UHGV virus genome: UHGV-0110227
Source of the DNA: a virus
Length of the DNA: 25,293 nucleotides
Reading direction: 5' to 3' (one strand)
Positions 6,713 to 13,937 of this stretch are shown here, piece after piece. The notes beneath the pieces were generated by a model. That model saw nothing but the letters and a program-made list of their open reading frames with translations. It was not told the origin of the DNA and did no database searches. Positions within the stretch are counted from its first letter, which is position 1. Every line of letters starts with the position of its first letter. A program made the position numbers and the translations under genes.

Positions 6713-6881
6713 CCCATCCCAATCCCTTCAATACCAGAAAGAAAGCGTCGAGCGGGCTTTAACGTGCGCTAACTGCGGTAAGAAGCTGCATGTGCTGGAA
6801 GTTCACGTGTGTGAGCACTGCTGCGCAGAACTGATGAGCGATCCGAATAGCTCAATGTACGAGGAAGAAGACGATGGCTAA
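6705..6881 (+). CDS. ninF: NinF (58 aa); absent from the ORF track
   Basis: ATG at 6705. Translation [58 protein letters not shown] matches lambda NinF as I recall it. Overlaps its neighbours at both ends. Confidence 0.8.
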   Translation: MLSPSQSLQYQKESVERALTCANCGKKLHVLEVHVCEHCCAELMSDPNSSMYEEEDDG

Positions 6882-7485
6882 ACCAGCGCGAAGACGATGT
6901 AAAAACGATGAATGTCGGGAATGGTTTCACCCTGCATTCGCTAATCAGTGGTGGTGCTCTCCAGAGTGTGGAACCAAGATAGCACTCGAACGACGAAGTA
7001 AAGAACGCGAAAAAGCGGAAAAAGCAGCAGAGAAGAAACGACGACGAGATGAACAGAAACAGAAAGATAAACTTAAGATTCGAAAACTCGCCTTAAAGCC
7101 CCGCAGTTACTGGATTAAACAAGCCCAACAAGCCGTAAACGCCTTCATCAGAGAAAGAGACCGCGACTTACCATGTATCTCGTGCGGAACGCTCACGTCT
7201 GCTCAGTGGGATGCCGGACATTACCGGACAACTGCTGCGGCACCTCAACTCCGATTTGATGAACGCAATATTCACAAGCAATGCGTGGTGTGCAACCAGC
7301 ACAAAAGCGGAAATCTCGTTCCGTATCGCGTCGAACTGATTAATCGCATTGGGCAGGAAGCAGTAGACGAAATCGAATCAAACCATAACCGCCATCGCTG
7401 GACTGTCGAAGAGTGCAGGGCCATCAAGGCGGAGTATCAGCAGAAACTCAAAGACCTGCGAAACAGCAGAAGTGAGGCCGCATGA
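6874..7485 (+). CDS. ninG: NinG / Rap recombination-associated endonuclease
   Basis: 203 aa. Basic N-terminus with Cys clusters (CKNDEC...[21 protein letters not shown]), as in lambda NinG. Confidence 0.88.
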   Translation: MAKPARRRCKNDECREWFHPAFANQWWCSPECGTKIALERRSKEREKAEKAAEKKRRRDEQKQKDKLKIRKLALKPRSYWIKQAQQAVNAFIRERDRDLPCISCGTLTSAQWDAGHYRTTAAAPQLRFDERNIHKQCVVCNQHKSGNLVPYRVELINRIGQEAVDEIESNHNRHRWTVEECRAIKAEYQQKLKDLRNSRSEAA

Positions 7486-7688
7486 CGTTCTCAGTAAAAA
7501 CCATTCCAGACATGCTCGTTGAAGCATACGGAAACCAGACAGAAGTAGCACGCAGACTGAAATGTAGTCGCGGTACGGTCAGAAAATACGTTGATGATAA
7601 AGACGGGAAAATGCACGCCATCGTCAACGACGTTCTTATGGTTCATCGCGGATGGAGTGAAAGAGATGCGCTATTACGAAAAAATTGA
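7482..7688 (+). CDS. ninH: NinH (small DNA-binding protein, 68 aa)
   Basis: Length and position as lambda NinH. HTH-like segment [20 protein letters not shown]. Confidence 0.8.
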   Translation: MTFSVKTIPDMLVEAYGNQTEVARRLKCSRGTVRKYVDDKDGKMHAIVNDVLMVHRGWSERDALLRKN

Positions 7689-8331
7689 TGGCAGCAAATA
7701 CCGAAATATTTGGGTAGTTGGCGATCTGCACGGATGCTACACGAACCTGATGAAAAAACTGGAGACGATAGGATTCGACACCAAAAAAGACCTGCTTATC
7801 TCGGTTGGCGATTTGGTCGATCGCGGTGCAGAGAACGTCGAATGCCTGGAATTAATCACATTCCCTTGGTTCAGAGCTGTACGTGGAAACCATGAGCAAA
7901 TGATGATTGATGGCTTATCAGAGCGTGGAAACGTTAATCACTGGCTGCTTAATGGCGGTGGCTGGTTCTTTAATCTCGATTACGACAAAGAAATTCTGGC
8001 TAAAGCTCTTGCCCATAAAGCAGAAGAACTTCCGTTAATCATCGAACTGGTGAGCAAAGGTAAAAAATATGTCATCTGCCACGCCGATTATCCTTGTGAC
8101 GAATACGAATTTGGAAAGCCAGTTGATCATCAGCAGGTAATCTGGAACCGCGAACGAATCAGCAACTCACAAGACGGGATCGTGAAAGAAATCAAAGGCG
8201 CGGACACGTTCATCTTTGGTCATACGCCAGCAGTGAAACCACTCAAATTTGCCAACCAGATGTATATCGATACCGGCGCAGTGTTCTGCGGAAACCTCAC
8301 ATTGATTCAGGTACAGGGAGAAGGCGCATGA
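7666..8331 (+). CDS. Serine/threonine protein phosphatase (lambda PPase / NinI type, metallophosphoesterase)
   Basis: Translation from ATG 7666 ([29 protein letters not shown]...GDLVDRG...GNHE...) carries the PPP-family motifs GDxHG, GDxxDRG and GNHE. The track start at 7591 is an upstream extension overlapping ninH. Confidence 0.92.
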   Translation: MRYYEKIDGSKYRNIWVVGDLHGCYTNLMKKLETIGFDTKKDLLISVGDLVDRGAENVECLELITFPWFRAVRGNHEQMMIDGLSERGNVNHWLLNGGGWFFNLDYDKEILAKALAHKAEELPLIIELVSKGKKYVICHADYPCDEYEFGKPVDHQQVIWNRERISNSQDGIVKEIKGADTFIFGHTPAVKPLKFANQMYIDTGAVFCGNLTLIQVQGEGA

Positions 8332-8951
8332 GACTCGAAAGCGTAGCTAAATTTCATTCGCCAAAAAGCCCGATGATGAGCGACTCACCACGGGCTACGG
8401 CTTCTGACTCTCTTTCCGGTACTGATGTGATGGCTGCTATGGGGATGGCGCAATCACAAGCCGGATTCGGAATGGCTGTATTCTGTGGTAAGCACGAACT
8501 CAGCCAGAACGACAAACAAAAGGCTATCAACTATCTGATGCAATTTGCACACAAGGTATCGGGGAAATACCGTGGTGTGGCAAAGCTTGAAGGAAATACT
8601 AAGGCAAAGGTACTGCAAGTGCTCGCAACATTCGCTTATGCGGATTATTGCCGTAGTGCCGCGACGCCGGGCGCAAGATGCAGAGATTGTCACGGTACAG
8701 GCCGTGCGGTTGATATAGCAAAAACAGAGCAGTGGGGGAGAGCTGTTGAGAAAGAGTGCGGAAGATGCAAAGGCGTCGGCTATTCAAGAATGCCTGCAAG
8801 CGCCGCATATCGCGCTGTAACGATGCTAATCCCCAACCTTACTCAACCCACCTGGTCACGCACTGTTAAGCCGCTGTATGACGCTCTGGTGGTGCAATGC
8901 CACAAAGAAGAGTCAATCGCAGACAACATTTTGAATGCGGTCACACGTTAG
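8328..8951 (+). CDS. Q: Late gene antiterminator Q (lambda-type)
   Basis: 207 aa. Translation [48 protein letters not shown]...[12 protein letters not shown]...CGRCKGVGY matches lambda Q including the zinc-binding Cys motifs. A pR'-type promoter follows immediately. Confidence 0.93.
   Translation: MRLESVAKFHSPKSPMMSDSPRATASDSLSGTDVMAAMGMAQSQAGFGMAVFCGKHELSQNDKQKAINYLMQFAHKVSGKYRGVAKLEGNTKAKVLQVLATFAYADYCRSAATPGARCRDCHGTGRAVDIAKTEQWGRAVEKECGRCKGVGYSRMPASAAYRAVTMLIPNLTQPTWSRTVKPLYDALVVQCHKEESIADNILNAVTR
8615..8628 (-). promoter_or_regulatory. CII-binding box TTGC-N6-TTGC inside Q (paQ-like anti-Q promoter)
   Basis: Minus strand reads TTGCGAGCACTTGC. Lambda carries a CII-activated antisense promoter within Q. 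Confidence 0.55.
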
Positions 8952-8993
8952 CAGCATGATTGCCACGGATGGCAACATATTAACGGCATGATA

Positions 8994-9022
8994 TTGACTT
9001 ATTGAATAAAATTGGGTAAATT
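8994..9022 (+). promoter_or_regulatory. Late promoter pR' (-35 TTGACT, 17-bp spacer, -10 TAAATT), with the overlapping qut region
   Basis: TTGACT at 8994-8999 and TAAATT at 9017-9022, directly downstream of Q. The sequence context is nearly identical to lambda pR' as I recall it. Confidence 0.85.
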
Positions 9023-9028
9023 TGACCC

Positions 9029-9221
9029 AACGATGGGTTAATTCGCTCGTTGTGGTAGTGAGATGAAAAGAGGCGGCGCTTACTACCGATTCCGCCTAGT
9101 TGGCCACTTCGACGTATCGTCTGGAACTCCAACCATCGCAGGCAGAGTGGTCTGCAAAATGCAATCCCGAAACAGTTCGCAGGTAATAGTTAGAGCCTGC
9201 ATAACGGTTTCGGGATTTTTT
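9029..9221 (+). ncRNA. 6S-like late leader RNA (pR' transcript ending at tR' when Q is absent)
   Basis: The distance from the predicted pR' start to the tR' T-run is about 193 nt, the size of the lambda 6S RNA. Track ORFs 9063..9410 (+) and 9083..9391 (-) fall here and are treated as non-coding. Confidence 0.6.
9163..9221 (+). terminator. tR' intrinsic terminator
   Basis: AATCCCGAAAC ... GTTTCGGGATT long hairpin followed by TTTTTT at 9216-9221. Confidence 0.85.
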
Positions 9222-9617
9222 ATATCTGCACAACAGGTAAGAGCATTTGTAGAGTTCGACTCTCTACCGTGGGCTTTTTCCCGCGATGCGAGCCATAAAT
9301 GCTCTTTCCGTTGTGCTGAATTAAGCGAATGCCGGAAGCAGAACCGGATTACCAAATGCGTACAGGCGTCATCGCCGCCCAGCAACAGCACAACCCAAAC
9401 TGAGCCGTAGCCACTGGCTATCCTGAATTCATCAGTGATAGTTATGCTGCGGCTTTCTACACATGACCTTCGTGAAAGCGGTGGCAGGAGGTTGCGCTAA
9501 CAACCTCATGCCGTTTTGCCCGTGCATATCGGTCACGAACAAATCTGATTACTAAACACAGTAGCCTGGATTTGTTCTATCAGTAATCGACCTTATTCCT
9601 AATTAAATAGAGCAAAT

Positions 9618-9631
9618 CCCCTTATTGGGGG
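9618..9631 (+). promoter_or_regulatory. sdi-like stem-loop just upstream of the holin dual start
   Basis: CCCC-ttatt-GGGG hairpin immediately 5' of the Met1-Lys2-Met3 start at 9638 and 9644, as in lambda S translational control. Confidence 0.6.
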
Positions 9632-9637
9632 TAAGAC

Positions 9638-9961
9638 ATGAAGATGCCAGAAAAAAATGACCTGTTAGCCGCCATTCTCGCGGCAAAGGAACAAGGCATC
9701 GGGGCAATCCTTGCGTTTGCAATGGCGTACCTTCGCGGCAGATATAATGGCGGTGCGTTTACAAAAACAGTAATCGACGCAACGATGTGCGCCATTATCG
9801 CCTGGTTCATTCGTGACCTTCTCGACTTCGCCGGACTAAGTAGCAATCTCGCTTATATAACGAGCGTGTTCATCGGCTACATCGGTACTGACTCGATTGG
9901 TTCGCTTATCAAACGCTTCGCTGCTAAAAAAGCCGGAGTAGAAGATGGTGGAAATCAATAA
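9638..9961 (+). CDS. S: Holin S (class I, dual-start; the Met3 start at 9644 gives the S105-type holin)
   Basis: 107 aa. Translation [83 protein letters not shown]... matches lambda S; three transmembrane segments. Confidence 0.95.
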   Translation: MKMPEKNDLLAAILAAKEQGIGAILAFAMAYLRGRYNGGAFTKTVIDATMCAIIAWFIRDLLDFAGLSSNLAYITSVFIGYIGTDSIGSLIKRFAAKKAGVEDGGNQ

Positions 9962-10421
9962 TCAACGTAAGGCGTTCCTCGATATGCTGGCGTGGTCAGA
10001 GGGAACTGATAACGGACGGCAGAAAACCAGAAATCATGGTTATGACGTCATTGTTGGCGGAGAGCTATTTACTGATTACTCCGATCACCCTCGCAAACTT
10101 GTCACGCTAAACCCCAAACTCAAATCAACAGCCGCCGGACGTTACCAGCTTCTTTCCCGTTGGTGGGATGCCTATCGTAAGCAGCTTGGCCTGAAAGACT
10201 TCTCTCCCAAAAGCCAGGACGCTGTTGCGCTGCAGCAGATTAAGGAACGTGGCGCTTTGCCGATGATTGATCGCGGTGATATCCGTCAGGCAATCGACCG
10301 TTGCAGCAATATTTGGGCTTCATTGCCCGGTGCTGGCTACGGTCAGTATGAACACAAGATCGATAGTCTGATTGCCAAATTCAAAGAAGCTGGCGGGGTG
10401 GTTAATGAAACTTCGCTATAA
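9945..10421 (+). CDS. R: Endolysin R (lytic transglycosylase, lambda-type)
   Basis: 158 aa. Translation [57 protein letters not shown]... matches lambda R. Start overlaps the S 3' end. Confidence 0.95.
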   Translation: MVEINNQRKAFLDMLAWSEGTDNGRQKTRNHGYDVIVGGELFTDYSDHPRKLVTLNPKLKSTAAGRYQLLSRWWDAYRKQLGLKDFSPKSQDAVALQQIKERGALPMIDRGDIRQAIDRCSNIWASLPGAGYGQYEHKIDSLIAKFKEAGGVVNETSL

Positions 10422-10866
10422 GCTGGTTATTTCTGCTTTCCTCCTGACTTTATTCGGTTATCTCGTCTGGTCAGCTAATCATTACCACAATAAAGCCATT
10501 GAATACAAAAAACAGCGCGACGAAAACGCTATGGCATTAGATTCGGCTATGGCGACGATCTCTGATATGCAGAAGCGTCAACGTGACGTAGCAGAACTCG
10601 ATGCCAGATATACAAAGGAGCTTGCTGATGCTAACGCGACTATCGAAAGTCTCCGTGCTGATGTTTCTGCTGGGCGTAAGCGCCTGCAAGTCGCCGCCAC
10701 CTGTGCAAAGTCAACGACCGGAGCCAGCGGCATGGGCGATGGAGAAAGCCCAGGACTTACAGCAGATGCTGAACTCAATTATTACCGTCTCCGAAGTGGA
10801 ATCGACAAGATAACCGCACAGGTCAACTACCTGCAGGAATACATCAGGGCGCAATGCCTGAAATAA
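10405..10866 (+). CDS. Rz: Rz i-spanin (inner-membrane spanin subunit)
   Basis: ATG at 10405 gives 153 aa with an N-terminal transmembrane helix (LVISAFLLTLFGYLVW) and a coiled-coil periplasmic domain. The C-terminal two thirds resemble lambda Rz; the N-terminus is divergent. The track start at 10372 is an upstream extension. Confidence 0.85.
   Translation: MKLRYKLVISAFLLTLFGYLVWSANHYHNKAIEYKKQRDENAMALDSAMATISDMQKRQRDVAELDARYTKELADANATIESLRADVSAGRKRLQVAATCAKSTTGASGMGDGESPGLTADAELNYYRLRSGIDKITAQVNYLQEYIRAQCLK
10628..10813 (+). CDS. Rz1: Rz1 o-spanin lipoprotein, embedded in the +1 frame of Rz
   Basis: AAGGAG SD at 10615-10620 then ATG at 10628. Translation MLTRLSKVSVLMFLLGVSAC... has a lipobox-like VSAC, followed by a proline-rich mature region (KSPPPVQSQRPEP). 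61 aa. Confidence 0.8.
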   Translation: MLTRLSKVSVLMFLLGVSACKSPPPVQSQRPEPAAWAMEKAQDLQQMLNSIITVSEVESTR

Positions 10867-10897
10867 TTTTTTTGCAAATCACAAAGTCCATTTAATG

Positions 10898-10921
10898 AGC
10901 CTCGCGATGCGGGGCTTTTTT
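10898..10921 (+). terminator. Candidate intrinsic terminator after the lysis cassette (imperfect stem plus T6)
   Basis: AGCCTCGCGATGCGGGGCT followed by TTTTTT. The stem contains a bulge. Confidence 0.4.
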
Positions 10922-11068
10922 ATGTCCGCAGTAAACGCGCTTCACACGCGCGACTTATGAACACAGAACCTTTCAGGATGACCCTTGAGGATGCCGGTTT
11001 GGTAATCGGTGCCTTTCTGTGGGCCGGAATCCTGTGTGACAAGGTTCATCACTAAAAGGTAATTACCG

Positions 11069-11611
11069 ATGAATTATCCAACTATCGTTGACGGCATTGA
11101 TTTCAAAGAACTGGTTTTTATTACCAACAATGACCCTGTCACCGATTCATTTATGGTGGCGAAAGCATTTCGTAAGCGACATGACAACGTTGTGCGTGAT
11201 GTAGAAAGAACTATCGCTGCTTGTCCTGAAGAGTTTGATACAAAACTCAATTTTGAGGTTTGCTATAAAAACAATGAGTTACAGAATGGTAAGCCACAAA
11301 AATTCTATCGGCTACGTAAGGATGGGTTGATGCTTTTGGTTATGTCCTACACCAAAAAAGAAGCAATGCGTATCAAAATTGCTTACATCAACGCATTCAA
11401 CTGGATGTACGCCATGCTTCAGGTTGGTCATCGTCAATTTGAAGAAGAGAGAAATGCCGTAATGCTGGAGTACATGAAAGAGAAGGATGTTGCCAGCATG
11501 TCAGGCCGTCTGCTTAATCGCTGGGGAAAAATTAAGAAGCCTCAGCTACTGGCGAGAATTGAACGCCTTGAACAGCACGGGCAAACCGTAATCCCCGGAC
11601 TCACCAATTAA
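11069..11611 (+). CDS. Rha-family phage regulatory protein (N-terminal Rha domain)
   Basis: 180 aa. N-terminal motif VAKAFRKRHDNVVRDVERTI and a downstream YRLRKDGLMLLVMSYTKKEAMRIKIAYINAFN segment resemble the Rha family signature as I recall it. Confidence 0.65.
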   Translation: MNYPTIVDGIDFKELVFITNNDPVTDSFMVAKAFRKRHDNVVRDVERTIAACPEEFDTKLNFEVCYKNNELQNGKPQKFYRLRKDGLMLLVMSYTKKEAMRIKIAYINAFNWMYAMLQVGHRQFEEERNAVMLEYMKEKDVASMSGRLLNRWGKIKKPQLLARIERLEQHGQTVIPGLTN

Positions 11612-11746
11612 CGGCAGTACAGCGAAACAACCCAAGCCAGTAAGTGGGGAAATAACACTGGCAGCCACTGAAAGATGAACCTCCAGCCTTATGGCAAAAA
11701 AGATTCTTTGTGGTGACGGACTGATGGAAAGACATCGGTTATTGCA

Positions 11747-11769
11747 GAGACCACTCAATGAGTGGTCTC
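11747..11769. repeat. Perfect 10-bp inverted repeat GAGACCACTC-aat-GAGTGGTCTC
   Basis: Exact palindromic arms with a 3-nt loop in the intergenic region upstream of the packaging genes. No T-run follows. Confidence 0.6.
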
Positions 11770-11791
11770 GACAATGGCTTATACCCTACAC

Positions 11792-11817
11792 GGGATAACT
11801 TAACTGATATCCCTTTT
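11792..11817 (+). repeat. Hairpin GGGATA-(10 nt)-TATCCC followed by TTTT
   Basis: 6-bp stem and a short T-run, 21 nt upstream of the ATG at 11839. Weak terminator-like or regulatory stem-loop. Confidence 0.35.
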
Positions 11818-11838
11818 AACGGATAAACGGAGCCAACA

Positions 11839-12081
11839 ATGGCAGAGATTATTCCCATGACTGAAGAACAGAAATTCCAGTTAGAGATTTACAAACTGGT
11901 CATGAACCAGAACGCAGCCGCAGAAGAAGCATTTCAATTCATTGGCACTGACGAACTGAAGCTTGAGCTATTCAAAATTCACTTCCAGTCAGGTGGCGCT
12001 AATTCAGATATCACGACCCGAACTATCGAAGCGGTGCGTAAATCGAAGGAAGCGTTAGACCTGTTCACTACCGGAGCATAA
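11839..12081 (+). CDS. Hypothetical protein (80 aa) immediately upstream of, and coupled to, the small terminase gene
   Basis: ATG at 11839 with GGAG SD. Stop TAA sits 2 nt before the TerS ATG. No family recognised. Confidence 0.6.
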   Translation: MAEIIPMTEEQKFQLEIYKLVMNQNAAAEEAFQFIGTDELKLELFKIHFQSGGANSDITTRTIEAVRKSKEALDLFTTGA

Positions 12082-12083
12082 AC

Positions 12084-12524
12084 ATGGCGCGCCCAACAAA
12101 GTATCAAGAGGCGTATGCCGAACAGGCGCGCAAACTGTGCTTGCTGGGCTACACCGATGCAGAGCTTGCTGATTTCTTCGAAGTCAGTGAGTCAACTATT
12201 AACAAGTGGAAGCTTGATTATCCTGAGTTTTCGGAGTCCATAAAAAAGGGTAAGGCCGTTGCTGATGCAGAAGTTAGTGATCGTCTTTATCAACGCGCTA
12301 TGGGCTTCGTGGCTCCAGACATCGATATTCGTGTTATTGAAAACAGAATTGTCGAAACTCCGCTTGAGAAGTATTACCCGCCTGATACAACCGCCGCCAT
12401 CTTCTGGCTTAAGAACCGACAGAAGGATAAATGGCGCGACAAGGTTGATCACGAACTAACAGGCAAAGACGGCGGCGCAATTCAGATTGAAACATCACCG
12501 ATGAGCACTCTATTCGGAAAATGA
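12084..12524 (+). CDS. Terminase small subunit (P22/Sf6-type C-terminal region, divergent N-terminal DNA-recognition domain)
   Basis: 146 aa. N-terminal HTH-like LGYTDAELADFFEVSESTINKW. C-terminal ELTGKDGGAIQIETSPMSTLFGK resembles the Sf6 small terminase tail as I recall it. Translationally coupled to TerL (ATGA overlap). Confidence 0.85.
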   Translation: MARPTKYQEAYAEQARKLCLLGYTDAELADFFEVSESTINKWKLDYPEFSESIKKGKAVADAEVSDRLYQRAMGFVAPDIDIRVIENRIVETPLEKYYPPDTTAAIFWLKNRQKDKWRDKVDHELTGKDGGAIQIETSPMSTLFGK

Positions 12525-13936
12525 CCTCGATTAATCCTATCTTTGAACCGTTCATTGAGGCGCATCGCTACAAAGTCGCCAAAGGCGGTCGAGGTAGCGG
12601 CAAATCATGGGCAATTGCGAGGCTGCTTGTTGAAGCGGCGCGTCGGCAGCCTGTGCGTATTCTCTGCGCTCGTGAACTGCAAAACAGTATCAGCGATTCG
12701 GTAATCCGGTTGCTTGAAGACACCATTGAGCGGGAAGGGTATTCGGCTGAGTTTGAAATTCAGCGTTCCATGATTCGTCATCTCGGAACGAATGCTGAAT
12801 TCATGTTCTACGGCATAAAAAACAACCCGACGAAGATTAAATCGCTCGAAGGCATTGATATCTGCTGGGTGGAAGAAGCGGAAGCGGTAACGAAGGAATC
12901 ATGGGACATCCTGATACCAACCATCCGCAAGCCGTTTTCCGAAATATGGGTGAGCTTTAACCCGAAGAACATACTCGACGATACCTATCAGCGATTCGTC
13001 GTAAATCCTCCCGATGATATTTGTCTGCTGACAGTGAACTACACCGACAACCCGCATTTTCCTGAAGTTCTCCGTCTGGAGATGGAAGAGTGTAAACGCA
13101 GAAATCCGACACTGTATCGTCACATCTGGCTTGGTGAGCCAGTGAGCGCAAGTGATATGGCAATCATCAAACGTGAATGGCTTGAAGCCGCAACCGATGC
13201 GCACAAGAAACTCGGATGGAAAGCGAAAGGCGCTGTTGTTTCTGCACATGACCCGTCAGATACAGGGCCGGATGCTAAAGGTTATGCATCGCGTCACGGT
13301 TCGGTAGTTAAGCGCATTGCCGAAGGTCTGCTGATGGACATCAACGAGGGGGCTGACTGGGCTACTTCGCTGGCGATTGAAGACGGTGCTGACCACTACT
13401 TGTGGGATGGTGATGGTGTCGGTGCAGGGCTACGCAGACAGACAACGGAAGCGTTCTCCGGTAAGAAAATCACCGCCACGATGTTCAAGGGCAGCGAATC
13501 GCCATTTGATGAAGATGCACCATATCAGGCTGGAGCATGGGCTGATGAAGTCGTGCAGGGCGACAACGTTCGCACTATTGGCGATGTATTCCGCAATAAG
13601 CGAGCGCAATTCTATTACGCGCTGGCTGACAGGCTGTATCTGACATATCGGGCGGTTGTTCACGGTGAGTATGCAGACCCAGACGACATGCTGAGTTTCG
13701 ACAAAGAAGCGATAGGCGAGAAGATGCTGGAGAAGCTGTTTGCAGAACTGACGCAGATTCAGCGCAAATTCAATAATAACGGGAAGCTGGAGCTTATGAC
13801 TAAGGTCGAAATGAAGCAGAAGCTCGGTATTCCATCTCCTAACCTGGCTGATGCGCTGATGATGTGTATGCATTGCCCGGAGTCGGCTGCGCAACCCGAC
13901 TATTCCAGTTACTCAATTCCTTGTGGTGTAGGTTGA
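12521..13936 (+). CDS. Terminase large subunit (ATPase/nuclease)
   Basis: 471 aa. Walker A KGGRGSGKS near the N-terminus and a Walker B-like ICWVEEAE. Position between TerS and portal. Confidence 0.93.
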   Translation: MTSINPIFEPFIEAHRYKVAKGGRGSGKSWAIARLLVEAARRQPVRILCARELQNSISDSVIRLLEDTIEREGYSAEFEIQRSMIRHLGTNAEFMFYGIKNNPTKIKSLEGIDICWVEEAEAVTKESWDILIPTIRKPFSEIWVSFNPKNILDDTYQRFVVNPPDDICLLTVNYTDNPHFPEVLRLEMEECKRRNPTLYRHIWLGEPVSASDMAIIKREWLEAATDAHKKLGWKAKGAVVSAHDPSDTGPDAKGYASRHGSVVKRIAEGLLMDINEGADWATSLAIEDGADHYLWDGDGVGAGLRRQTTEAFSGKKITATMFKGSESPFDEDAPYQAGAWADEVVQGDNVRTIGDVFRNKRAQFYYALADRLYLTYRAVVHGEYADPDDMLSFDKEAIGEKMLEKLFAELTQIQRKFNNNGKLELMTKVEMKQKLGIPSPNLADALMMCMHCPESAAQPDYSSYSIPCGVG

Positions 13937-13937
13937 T

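Noticed and set aside
7591-7665. N-terminal extension of the phosphatase ORF
   Set aside because: The extension overlaps ninH in another frame. The ATG at 7666 has a GGAG SD and gives the canonical phosphatase N-terminus.
9063-9410. 115-aa plus-strand and 102-aa minus-strand ORFs between Q and S
   Set aside because: This interval is the pR' leader, the 6S-like RNA and tR'. The ORFs run straight through the tR' hairpin and T-run, and lambda has no gene here as far as I recall.
10372-10404. N-terminal extension of Rz
   Set aside because: The ATG at 10405 sits directly before the transmembrane helix and has a G-rich SD. The extension overlaps the R 3' end.
10922-10960. 12-codon ORF (MSAVNALHTRDL) after the lysis cassette
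   Set aside because: Too short, no SD, and it overlaps the candidate terminator. Noise.
12899-13894. Antisense and alternative-frame ORFs within the large terminase gene (12899..13249, 12957..13163, 13377..13643, 13430..13894)
   Set aside because: All lie inside the TerL coding region, which has clear Walker motifs in its own frame.
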